This document shows positions 50,242 through 61,224 of a stretch of 64,000 nt of DNA, one piece after another. A program made the translations under genes and the position numbers. Source of the stretch: Candidatus Latescibacterota bacterium (GTDB taxonomy: Bacteria; Latescibacterota; UBA2968; GCA-2709665); contig OZ244744.1 of NCBI GenBank assembly GCA_965219455.1, positions 512,001 to 576,000 on the forward strand. The letters are read 5' to 3'. The notes under the pieces are model-generated. The model had not been told where the DNA came from, did no database searches, and saw only the letters and a list, made by a program, of their open reading frames with translations. Every line of letters starts with the position of its first letter. Position 1 is the stretch's first letter.

Positions 50242-52572
50242 CTAACCCTGCATCAGCTTCCAGAGTTTTTCGGGACGCAACGGCATGTCGATATGACGTA
50301 CGCCGAATGGCTTGAGCGCATCGACCACCGCGTTGACGATGCACGGCGTTGAGCCGATGGTACCGGCCTCTCCCACGCCCTTGACACCCATGGGGTTCAC
50401 GGGGGAAGGCGTAACCGTGTTGTCCAGTTCGAAGCGCGGGAGGTTGTGCGCCTTGGGCAGGGCATAGTCCATGAACGACCCCGTGAGCATCTGGCCGCTC
50501 TCGTCGTAAATGGCTTCTTCGTAAAGCGCCTGGCCCAGGCCCTGGGCGATGCCCCCGTGGATCTGACCCTCGACGATCATCGGGTTGATGATCTTGCCGC
50601 AGTCGTCAACCGCGATATAGCGCAGGATGTCCACCTCGCCGGTGTCTCCGTCCACTGCCACGATGGCAATATGGGTGCCAAACGGGTAGGTGAAATTGGA
50701 GGGTTCGAAGAAGTGGGTGGCAGCCATGCCCGGTTCGGTATCCGGCGGCAGATTCACGCCCCCGTGGGCGGCCATCGATATATCCATAAGGGTCACGCCC
50801 TGGTCTGGCGACCCCTTGACGCCGTATTTGCCGTCTTCCAAGACGATGTCCTGGGGACTGCTCTCCAGGAGGTGCGCGGCGATATCGATGGCCTTATCTT
50901 TAATTTTTTCCATGGCCATCACCATGGCCGTACCGCCCACCGCCGTCGCTCGGGAGCCGAACGTGCCGATGCCGTATTGAACGGCTTCGGTATCGCCGTG
51001 GATGATGCGGACATCGTCGATGTCCACCCCCAGTCCGTCGGCGATGAGTTGCGCAAACGTGGTTTCCTGGCCCTGGCCGTGGGGCGATACACCGGTGAGA
51101 ACGGTGACCGTGCCCGTGGGGTCCACGCGCACGGTGCCACTCTCCCATCCTCCGGCCGGCATGGCCGCCGAGGGCCCCATGCCACAGATTTCCACGTAGG
51201 TTGAAAAGCCGATGCCCAGGTACCGGCCCTGTCCGCGGGACTCTTCCTGTTCCTTCCTGAAACCCTCGTAGTCGATCTTCTTGAGCGCCTTGTTCAGGGC
51301 AACGTCGTAGTCGCCGCTGTCGTACGCGACGGCCGTCCCGGTCGTAAACGGGAACTCGTCTTTGCCGATGAAGTTCTTGCGGCGGACCTCAAGTGGATCC
51401 ATGTCCAGATCGAAGGCCACGCAGTCCAGCATGCGTTCGACGAGGTAGGTGGCTTCCGGCCTTCCCGCGCCACGGTACGCATCGGTGGACATCTTGTTGG
51501 TGAAGGCGGCGGTGAGTTCCATGGAGACGTTCTGGAACCTGTAACAGCCGCAGAGCATCAACCCCGTAAGGGTCGGGATGGCGGGGGTCAGCAGTTGATA
51601 GTAGGCGCCCACGTCGGCCTGCACCGAGTATTTCAGGCCCAGGATGGTCCCGTCGTTCTTAACGGGGATTTCCACGTCGCCGATCTGGTCGCGTCCGTGG
51701 ATCGTATGCAGGAAATTCTCCCGTCGGCTTTCGATCCACTTCACCGGCTTCTTGAGCTGGATCGCGAGGTACCCCACCAGGGCTTCCTCGGCGTACACGT
51801 TCAGCTTGCAGCCGAAGCCGCCGCCCACTTCGGGGGCGATCACCTGGACGAGTTGTTCTGGCCGGTTGAGAATCACGGACAACTGGGTCTTGAGCAGATG
51901 CGGGATCTGGGTGGAGGACCAGACCGTGAGTTTGCCGTCGCCGGGCTGAAATCGTGCGACCACGCCCCGGGTCTCCAGCGGGTTCGGCACCAGGCGCTGG
52001 TGGTCGAAGCGCTGTTTGACCACGCGGTCGGCCTGGTTGAAGGCGTCGTCGATGTCGCCGCCGGCAATGGCCCAGGTGAAGGCCTGATTGCTGCCGAACT
52101 GTTCGTGCAGGAGCGGCGCGTCGTCCTTGAGCGCGGCCTCCGCGGAGTTAACCGCGTCGAGCGGGTCGTAGTCGACCTCGATGAGTTCGGCCGCGTCCGT
52201 GGCGGTATACGGGCTGTCGGCCACGACCGCCACTACGGGCTCCCCTACGAACCGCACTTTGTCGTGGGCCAGAACCGGATGCTCCGGGACCTGGATGCCC
52301 GGAAAGGCCTCGGGATCGGTGGTGGCGCAGGGAACGGTGCCTATATTGTCTTTGAGATCGTCGCCGGTAACCACGGCGACCACACCCGGGTGGTCAGCGG
52401 CGGCGGTGGTGTCGATGCTCCGGATGTGCGCGTGTCCGTACGGGCTGCGGTGGACGGCCACATGCAGCGTTCCTGGCAGTTGGATGTCGTCTACGTACTG
52501 CGCAAGGCCCTGGATCAACCGGGGATCTTCCCTGCGCTTGATTCTGGCGCCTACGGATTTGCTGACAGGCAT
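50242..52572 (-). CDS. coxL: molybdopterin-binding large subunit, form II CoxL-like
   Basis: VGGGFG, AYRGAGRPE (form II motif), HGQGQET, GQIHGG, KGVGEAG. Confidence 0.88.
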   Translation of the reverse strand: MPVSKSVGARIKRREDPRLIQGLAQYVDDIQLPGTLHVAVHRSPYGHAHIRSIDTTAAADHPGVVAVVTGDDLKDNIGTVPCATTDPEAFPGIQVPEHPVLAHDKVRFVGEPVVAVVADSPYTATDAAELIEVDYDPLDAVNSAEAALKDDAPLLHEQFGSNQAFTWAIAGGDIDDAFNQADRVVKQRFDHQRLVPNPLETRGVVARFQPGDGKLTVWSSTQIPHLLKTQLSVILNRPEQLVQVIAPEVGGGFGCKLNVYAEEALVGYLAIQLKKPVKWIESRRENFLHTIHGRDQIGDVEIPVKNDGTILGLKYSVQADVGAYYQLLTPAIPTLTGLMLCGCYRFQNVSMELTAAFTNKMSTDAYRGAGRPEATYLVERMLDCVAFDLDMDPLEVRRKNFIGKDEFPFTTGTAVAYDSGDYDVALNKALKKIDYEGFRKEQEESRGQGRYLGIGFSTYVEICGMGPSAAMPAGGWESGTVRVDPTGTVTVLTGVSPHGQGQETTFAQLIADGLGVDIDDVRIIHGDTEAVQYGIGTFGSRATAVGGTAMVMAMEKIKDKAIDIAAHLLESSPQDIVLEDGKYGVKGSPDQGVTLMDISMAAHGGVNLPPDTEPGMAATHFFEPSNFTYPFGTHIAIVAVDGDTGEVDILRYIAVDDCGKIINPMIVEGQIHGGIAQGLGQALYEEAIYDESGQMLTGSFMDYALPKAHNLPRFELDNTVTPSPVNPMGVKGVGEAGTIGSTPCIVNAVVDALKPFGVRHIDMPLRPEKLWKLMQG

Positions 52573-52585
52573 GGAAGACCTCCTT

Positions 52586-53050
52586 TTAGGATCTCATTTT
52601 CCGGGCGGCGTACTGGACGGCGTCCACAATGTGCTGGTACCCGGTGCAGCGGCAGAGGTTGCCCTCGATGCCGCGTCGGATCTGCGCCTCGGTGGGCCGT
52701 GGGTTGCGCTCCAGCAACTGGTGGGCGGCGATAATCATCCCCGGCGTGCAGAAACCGCACTGCAGGCCGTGACACTCCCAGAAGCCCTCCTGGACGGGGT
52801 GAAGTTCGCCGTTTTCGGCCAGGCCTTCGATGGTGGTGATTTCGGCGCCGTTCGCCTGTACCGCGAGCAATGTACAGGATTTCACCGCCTGCCCGTTTAG
52901 CATCACGGTGCAGGCGCCGCAGAGGCTGGTTTCGCAGCCTACGTGGGTGCCGGTCAGGCCGACGACGTCGCGCAGATAATGTACAAGCAGCAGCCTGGGT
53001 TCCACGTTTTGGCTGTGGCGCTCGCCGTTAATTGTGACTTCCACGTTCAC
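52586..53050 (-). CDS. coxS: 2x[2Fe-2S] subunit (CoxS-like)
   Basis: [28 protein letters not shown]. Confidence 0.92.
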   Translation of the reverse strand: MNVEVTINGERHSQNVEPRLLLVHYLRDVVGLTGTHVGCETSLCGACTVMLNGQAVKSCTLLAVQANGAEITTIEGLAENGELHPVQEGFWECHGLQCGFCTPGMIIAAHQLLERNPRPTEAQIRRGIEGNLCRCTGYQHIVDAVQYAARKMRS

Positions 53051-53382
53051 GGGCGACCTCCTTTTTGTGTGTTTTCCGATGTCGCGGTCCCGTTACCGGT
53101 TTCCCGTACGGGACGGGTTTGGCATAATTAGCGGGGATGAAAATACGCATAATCTATATACCTGCGCAAGCGGATTCTATCGAGCCGCCGGAAAGGCGCG
53201 TTGAAACGGCATTGCTCAGCTATGGACGGGGTCGATAGACTTGCCTTTTTCAACTCGCGTCTTTAATATTGTACCCATGGTGCGGATGTGGAATCCGGTT
53301 TCGCAGGCCGGATCGCTTGAGGTCACTCAGGTCGCTCCATCGTCTGTTTTGTTTTCGTACGCATCCTTCAGGGGAACGAAAA

Positions 53383-54009
53383 ATGGATCCGCGACTTTAT
53401 TACGTGGCTGACCCGATGTGTTCGTGGTGCTGGGGTTTTCGGCCGGTGCTGCAGGAGGTGGTGGCGGCACTGCCGGAAATCGTGCCGGTGGTATACGTGA
53501 TGGGCGGGCTGGCGAAGGATTCGGACGACACGATGCCGGAAGCAACCCGCGCGTACGTGCAGCGGAACTGGCGGGACGTCACGGCAACGACGGGGGCGGA
53601 ATTCAACTGGGACTTCTGGAGTAAATGCAAACCCCGCCGGTCGACCTACCCCGCCTGCCGTGCGGTGCTGGCGGCAAGGGCGCAGCGGGAAGACGCCGTT
53701 CCGGATCTGTTCGACGCCATCCAGCGGGCGTATTACGAGGAGGCCGGGAACCCCTCGGATTTGGAAACGCTGACCCAGGTTGCCGGGACGCTTTCGCCGC
53801 CTCTGGACGTGGACCGGTTTGATCGTGACATCAGGTCGCCGGAGATCGAAGCGCAATTGCAGGAGGGCTTCAACCTTCGCCGCTCAATGGGCGTACGGGA
53901 GTTTCCAAGCGTGGTCGTAAAGCGGGGCGACGCGCAGATGGACATCGTCCGCGGATGGGCGAACGCTCAGACCACATTGGCGCGGCTGGAAACCGCGCTG
54001 GACGGTTAG
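53383..54009 (+). CDS. DsbA-family thioredoxin-fold protein
   Basis: DPMCSWCWGF, RSTYPACRA, GVREFP. Confidence 0.88.
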   Translation: MDPRLYYVADPMCSWCWGFRPVLQEVVAALPEIVPVVYVMGGLAKDSDDTMPEATRAYVQRNWRDVTATTGAEFNWDFWSKCKPRRSTYPACRAVLAARAQREDAVPDLFDAIQRAYYEEAGNPSDLETLTQVAGTLSPPLDVDRFDRDIRSPEIEAQLQEGFNLRRSMGVREFPSVVVKRGDAQMDIVRGWANAQTTLARLETALDG

Positions 54010-54078
54010 ACGTGAGACGCGAGCAACACGACGTGAGGTGCGATGCCATTGAATCTACATTCTAAGGAGGATGTTGAC

Positions 54079-54519
54079 ATGGGCGAGAGCGAGTCGATTA
54101 CGCAGGAGCAGATGAACGAGTTTCTGTTTTCGCAGGTTGTGCTGATGTTTCAGGGTGCGGCCTGGCAGCACATGGGCAAGGTGATGAACCCCGCGACCAA
54201 TAAGGTGGAACGTGACCTTGCCCAGGCGAAGCACTCGATTGATATGCTGGGCATGCTGGAGGCCAAGACAAAGGGCAATTTGAGCGATAACGAGCAGAAG
54301 TTCTTGGAGCACGCCCTTTACGAGTTGAGAATGAACTATATCGACGAGGCTAACAAGGGACCGGACGAGGCCGAAGCGCCCGCGGCCGACGCAGAAGCAC
54401 CCGCGGAGGAAAACGGCGGCGACGCGGCCGAAGCCGCTGAAGCAGAAGCGCCGAAGGACGAGGCGTCCGCGGAGGCGAAGGAGGAGGAATCCGGAGACGC
54501 GAAGGAGGAATCGGATTGA
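54079..54519 (+). CDS. DUF1844 domain protein with acidic tail
   Basis: DLAQAKHSIDML.ML..KTKGNL, L.ELRMNY. Confidence 0.8.
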   Translation: MGESESITQEQMNEFLFSQVVLMFQGAAWQHMGKVMNPATNKVERDLAQAKHSIDMLGMLEAKTKGNLSDNEQKFLEHALYELRMNYIDEANKGPDEAEAPAADAEAPAEENGGDAAEAAEAEAPKDEASAEAKEEESGDAKEESD

Positions 54520-55013
54520 AGCGTTCTCTCCTTCCCTTCTCCGTCCTGGTCCTGTTCTGGCTGGGCGGATGCGCTTACTATTCAACATCGGCCACCGGCG
54601 GGTCGGGTTTTCGCTCGGTGGCCGTTCCGCTGATGGAAAACGAGAGCCTGGAGCCGGAAATCCAGCAGGCGCTCACGGACAGCCTGATCCAGGCGTTCCT
54701 GCAGGATGCGGCGCTGCGCGTGATGGACGAGGACCGTGCGGACATTGTGCTTCGCGGTACGATCGTGGAGGTGCGGGACGACCCGTTTACGTACCGCGGC
54801 CAGGCCGAGCAGTACCAGATATCGGTCTTTCTGGACGTCAGTTGCTATGATGCAAAAAACAAGAAGCTGCTGTGGGAGGAGAAACGCCTGAAGGGATACG
54901 GCATCTACAACGCCGCCGGACAGCGCGAAGAGGCTCGCCTGGAGGGCCTCGGCGCGGCGTTCGAGATCCTGACGCGGGACATCGTGGACCAGACGCAGGT
55001 TGGTGGCTGGTAG
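54516..55013 (+). CDS. lptE: LptE-family lipoprotein
   Basis: Lipobox LGGC, SVAVP..EN, ADIVLRG.I, LWE. Confidence 0.7.
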   Translation: MKRSLLPFSVLVLFWLGGCAYYSTSATGGSGFRSVAVPLMENESLEPEIQQALTDSLIQAFLQDAALRVMDEDRADIVLRGTIVEVRDDPFTYRGQAEQYQISVFLDVSCYDAKNKKLLWEEKRLKGYGIYNAAGQREEARLEGLGAAFEILTRDIVDQTQVGGW

Positions 55014-55041
55014 AGATACCATCGAGGGCGCAAACAGGGGA

Positions 55042-55257
55042 ACATGGATATACAGGATAGGCAGGATAAAGGCAAGAGACCAGAAAAGCGGTACAAGCAT
55101 TCAGACGGGGCAAAGCAGGACACGGGCTGTGGTGGATGACGAGGCAGGTATGGGGGCTAAGAAGACGTACTGAACCGGTGGGAAATCTCCATGCGCATGT
55201 TTAACTGGTTTTTGCGACTTTTGTGATTCTCATCCTGTATATCCTGTCCATCCATGT
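55042..55257. repeat. CAGGAT-repeat inverted cassette 1
   Basis: ACATGGATATACAGGATAGGCAGGATAAA (55042-55070) ... ATCCTGTATATCCTGTCCATCCATGT (55232-55257). Confidence 0.9.
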
Positions 55258-55303
55258 AGGTCGTTGTTGGTAGCAAGAGACCATAGAGAGTAGATGCAGG
55301 GAA

Positions 55304-55643
55304 ACATGTATAGACAGGATAGGCAGGATAAAGGCAAAAAACGACTGTGATTCGTGTGATTATAATGATGGGCTGTGATTAAAGGCAAAAGCGGCGGAGA
55401 AGCGAGAAACTATGGATATATAGGATGAAGACCAAAACCCGACGATCGCGCGAACCGAAATCCCACCCTACCCACCCAGTCCATTCCTGCACTTTAATCG
55501 AACTAATCGCAAGCATTCAACAGTGGGTCACGTGGTGAATCGGATTTCGCTCGTCTTCCTGCCCGCGCATCTGCCTTAGTCACAGTAATCATAGTCTAAT
55601 CACGGTAATCACAGTCTATCCTGCTCATCCTGTCCATCCATGT
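55304..55643. repeat. CAGGAT-repeat inverted cassette 2 with nested TGTGATT inverted repeats
   Basis: Forward copy 55304-55332, partial copy about 55411-55426, reverse copy 55617-55643; inner IR 55343-55380/55578-55616. Confidence 0.88.
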
Positions 55644-55679
55644 AAATTGTCGTTAAACGACATCAATGAAACCTTACCC

Positions 55680-58208
55680 ATGAACGAAGCAGCGGCGAGA
55701 ATCAAGATCAACAAACTGCTCGAGGCGGCCGGGTGGCGGTTCTTCGATGAAGACGGCAAGCCGGGCAACATTCGCGTCGAACAGAAGGTCGTCATGAAGC
55801 ACGAGGATCTGGACGCTTTGGGCGACGATTTCGAGAATGCGACCGGTCGGATCGATTTCCTCCTCCTGAACGAGAAGGGCTTCCCGCTCGTCGTTCTGGA
55901 GGCCAAGTCCGAGGACAAGAATCCTCTTGTGGGAAAGGAACAGGCCCGGAAATACGCCCGTTCGCAGAACTGCCGCTTCGTTATCCTCTCCAACGGAAAT
56001 CTGCACTACTTCTGGGACCTCGACCGTGGTAATCCATACCTTGTCACATCCTTCCCCACGCCGGAGTCCGTAACCGGCTATAACAAAGTCCAACCCAACA
56101 CGCAGCGCCTGGTCGATGAGCGGGTCCGCGAGGACTACATTGTGCTCACCCAGCGGCCGAACTATGCTTCGGAAGCCGCCTGGAAAAACGAAGCCGAGCG
56201 CCCCGGCTTTATCAAATCCAATAAACTGAGTTTACTCCGCCCCTACCAACTCCGGGCCGTTCATGCTCTGCAGCGGGCGGTGAGAGACGGCAGAGACAGG
56301 TTTCTGTTCGAAATGGCCACGGGTACGGGCAAGACGCTCGTCGCCGCAGCGGTCATCAAGCTCTTTATGCGCTCGGGCAACGCATCCCGAGTCCTGTTTC
56401 TCGTGGACCGGCTGGAACTCGAGGAGCAGGCTCGCAAGGTCTTCTCCGCCCTGCTCTCGGCGGACTTCCAGACGGTGGTGTACAAAGAGCGGCGCGACGA
56501 CTGGCGCTCGGCGGAAATCGTCGTCACCACGGTCCAGTCGCTGCTGTTCAACAACAAGTATCAGGCTCTCTTCTCCCCTACCGACTTCGACCTCGTCATC
56601 TCGGACGAAGCGCACCGGTCCATCGGCGGAAATGCCAGGTCCGTATTCGACTATTTCGTGGGGTACAAACTGGGCCTGACCGCGACCCCCCGGGACTATC
56701 TCAAGGGATTCGACGAAACGCGTCCTGACACGCGGGACCCGCGCGAAGCCGAACGCCGCTTGCTCCTGGACACCTACCGCACCTTCGGGTGTGAAAGCGG
56801 ACAGCCCACGTTCAAGTACTCCCTGCTCGACGGCGTTAAGGACGGCTATCTGATCAACCCGACGGTTGTGGATGCACGCACAAAGGTGACGACCGAATTG
56901 CTCTCGGAACAGGGATTCGTCGTTTCCTTTACGGACGACGAGGGAGAAGAGCAGGAAGAGGCCTACAAAAAGCGTGAATTTGAGAAGCGCTTCTTTTCCG
57001 ACGCGACCAACCAGATCTTCTGCAAGACATTCCTGGAGAACGCGCTGCGGGACCCCGTCAGCGGCGAAGTCGGCAAGTCCATCATATTTGCGGTCAGCCA
57101 GAAACACGCGTCAACATTGACTCAAATCCTCAATGCGATGGCCCACATGATGTTTCCGGACAAATACCAGTCGAACTTCGCAGTGCAGGTCACGTCGCAG
57201 ATCGCGGATGCCCAGCGGTTTACCGTGAATTTCAGTAACAACAACCTGCTCGGATCGGGGAACTTTCTTCCCGCGTACCTTACGAGTAAAGCGCGGGTCT
57301 GCGTAACCGTTGGCATGATGACCACCGGGTACGACTGTACCGACATTTTGAACCTGGGACTGTTCCGCCCCATCTTCTCTCCCACCGACTTCATCCAGAT
57401 CAAGGGACGCGGTACGCGAAAACACAGCTTCCTTGAGCAGTTGCTCGATCCGGCCTTGGCGGAACGCGTAGATGAGCCCGATAAGATTGCGTTCAAACTG
57501 TTCGATTTCTTCGCCAACTGCGAATACTTCGAAACGGAGTTCAACTACGACGAAGTCTTGGGACTGCCTGTCTATCAGGATGGTGAAGAACGTGAGGGCG
57601 CGGAATCTCCCGGGGCCGACGCGGGCGCCTACGAATATCTGGGCAGGGACATCCTGTCCACGATCAAGGTCGAGGCCGTCGGTTCGGAAGGGATGAAGAT
57701 CGACCGCATGTTCTTCGAGAAATTCGAGGATACCGTGCGGAAGGACGACGTCATCGCCGCGGCCGTCGAGGCCGGTCAGTGGGACCGGGTGATCGATTAC
57801 GTCAACCAGGAGGTTTTCGACCGTCCCGAAGAGTACTATACTCTTGAAAAGCTGCGCCGGGCAGCGGCCGTGGACCGCCGCATCACCCTCAGGGAGATTC
57901 TGGAGAAGGTATTCGGGCTGATCCCGCGATTTAAATCCAGGGACGAAATGCTGGAAGAGGAATTCGCGAAGTTCGTGGCCGACTACACGCCGGAGGAAGT
58001 CGAGTCCATCCCCGCGATCAAGAACTACTTCAAGGCGTACGTGACCAGCGACCAGATCCGCCACATCATTGAAAAACGGGACTACACCGGCCTGGCCACG
58101 AACCCCGTTCTCTCAATGCAGGACCTCCGCGCAGTCCCGGAGAAATACCGCGAACTCGTCCCTGAATACGTCAAGGACTTTGTACCGTTAAACCAGTTCG
58201 CCGCTTAG
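55680..58208 (+). CDS. hsdR: type I restriction endonuclease subunit R
   Basis: IDF..EAK nuclease motif, QARKYA, LRPYQ, MATGTGKT, DEAHRS, GLTATP, MMTTGYD, QIKGRGTR. Confidence 0.92.
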   Translation: MNEAAARIKINKLLEAAGWRFFDEDGKPGNIRVEQKVVMKHEDLDALGDDFENATGRIDFLLLNEKGFPLVVLEAKSEDKNPLVGKEQARKYARSQNCRFVILSNGNLHYFWDLDRGNPYLVTSFPTPESVTGYNKVQPNTQRLVDERVREDYIVLTQRPNYASEAAWKNEAERPGFIKSNKLSLLRPYQLRAVHALQRAVRDGRDRFLFEMATGTGKTLVAAAVIKLFMRSGNASRVLFLVDRLELEEQARKVFSALLSADFQTVVYKERRDDWRSAEIVVTTVQSLLFNNKYQALFSPTDFDLVISDEAHRSIGGNARSVFDYFVGYKLGLTATPRDYLKGFDETRPDTRDPREAERRLLLDTYRTFGCESGQPTFKYSLLDGVKDGYLINPTVVDARTKVTTELLSEQGFVVSFTDDEGEEQEEAYKKREFEKRFFSDATNQIFCKTFLENALRDPVSGEVGKSIIFAVSQKHASTLTQILNAMAHMMFPDKYQSNFAVQVTSQIADAQRFTVNFSNNNLLGSGNFLPAYLTSKARVCVTVGMMTTGYDCTDILNLGLFRPIFSPTDFIQIKGRGTRKHSFLEQLLDPALAERVDEPDKIAFKLFDFFANCEYFETEFNYDEVLGLPVYQDGEEREGAESPGADAGAYEYLGRDILSTIKVEAVGSEGMKIDRMFFEKFEDTVRKDDVIAAAVEAGQWDRVIDYVNQEVFDRPEEYYTLEKLRRAAAVDRRITLREILEKVFGLIPRFKSRDEMLEEEFAKFVADYTPEEVESIPAIKNYFKAYVTSDQIRHIIEKRDYTGLATNPVLSMQDLRAVPEKYRELVPEYVKDFVPLNQFAA

Positions 58209-58235
58209 CCTCTTTAATTCAAAAAGCCGGAACTT

Positions 58236-58264
58236 ACATGGATAAACAGGATGGACAGGATAAA
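58236..58264 (+). repeat. CAGGAT repeat providing the GxxExxY start codon
   Basis: ACATGGATAAACAGGATGGACAGGATAAA. Confidence 0.9.
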
Positions 58265-58648
58265 AGGCTCGCACACGCCGACACCACCCGTAGGATTATC
58301 GGCTGCGCGATGCAGGTGATCAATGAGCTTGGGAGCGGCTTCCTGGAATCCGTTTATGAGAAGGCGATGACCGTCGCGTTAACCGACGACGGTGTGTCGC
58401 ACGAAGTACAGCAGCCCATTGACGTGCGTTTTCGCGGCAGAACCGTTGGCGACTTCGTCGCGGATATCCTGGTCGAAGACCGGGTCATCGTGGAACTGAA
58501 AGCCGTCAATTCGCTTACCGGCGAGCACGAAGCCCAGGTCATCAACTATCTAAATGCGACGGGGATCCCTGTGGGATTGTTGATCAACTTCGGGAAACCG
58601 AAACTGGAGTTTAAGCGGTTCACACGAACACGGAAAACACAAAATTAA
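58238..58648 (+). CDS. GxxExxY protein (PD-(D/E)XK-like)
   Basis: LGSGFLESVY, ADILVEDRVIVELKAV, AQVINYL, GLLINFG. Confidence 0.93.
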   Translation: MDKQDGQDKRLAHADTTRRIIGCAMQVINELGSGFLESVYEKAMTVALTDDGVSHEVQQPIDVRFRGRTVGDFVADILVEDRVIVELKAVNSLTGEHEAQVINYLNATGIPVGLLINFGKPKLEFKRFTRTRKTQN

Positions 58649-58963
58649 ACATGGATGCACAGGATAGGCAGGATAAAATCAACACCCGCAATCAGGTGAA
58701 AAAGGCCCAACCATATGGGTGAAGCAGTGGTCAAGTGTAATGCACGCGTTCAACACCGTCGCTCCGAGCGTAGGCGTAGGCGCCAGAAGATCTCTCGTAA
58801 GGACCGTATCTGGCTCTTGCATGTATGCCCGGTCGAATTGGTCGGACTTACCGTTTCGAAATTATACTGAACACGCTGTCTATCTCCAAAGGGTCCGGTG
58901 AGAATATGCAGGGTCCGGCATTTGTGTTTTTGAATTCATCCTGTTTATCCTGTTCATCCATGT
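58649..58963. repeat. CAGGAT-repeat inverted cassette 3
   Basis: Forward copy 58649-58677, reverse copy 58938-58963. Confidence 0.9.
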
Positions 58964-59011
58964 AAGTTTGAGGTTGGTAGCGAAAGACCATTGAGGGCGC
59001 GAACAGGGGAA

Positions 59012-60990
<1,979 letters not shown>

Positions 60991-61209
60991 CATGGATATA
61001 CAGGATAGACAGGATAAAGGCGGAAAGCCTAGAAAAGCGGTACGTACTCAGACGGAACAGAAGTAGAATCGCAGTTAACTGCAAGGCAGTATGCAGCAGC
61101 AAGCTCTGGGTAAAGAAAATACCCGCAACGGCAGGAATTGTTGATGCGCTGGCTGAACCTGATGTTTTGGGTTTGGGGTCTTTATCCTGTGCATCCTGTA
61201 CATCCATGT
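60991..61209. repeat. CAGGAT-repeat inverted cassette 4 (left repeat split by the intron)
   Basis: A(59011)|CATGGATATACAGGATAGACAGGATAAA (60991-61018) ... TTTATCCTGTGCATCCTGTACATCCATGT (61181-61209). Confidence 0.9.
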
Positions 61210-61224
61210 AAGTTGGGGTTTCTT

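Noticed and set aside
58719-58901. 60-aa ORF inside cassette 3
   Set aside because: No RBS or recognisable motif; unsupported as a gene
61138-61224. N-terminal extension of HsdM (..YPVHPVHPC..)
   Set aside because: Just the reverse repeat read in frame; the conserved start is MLDSETK at 61225
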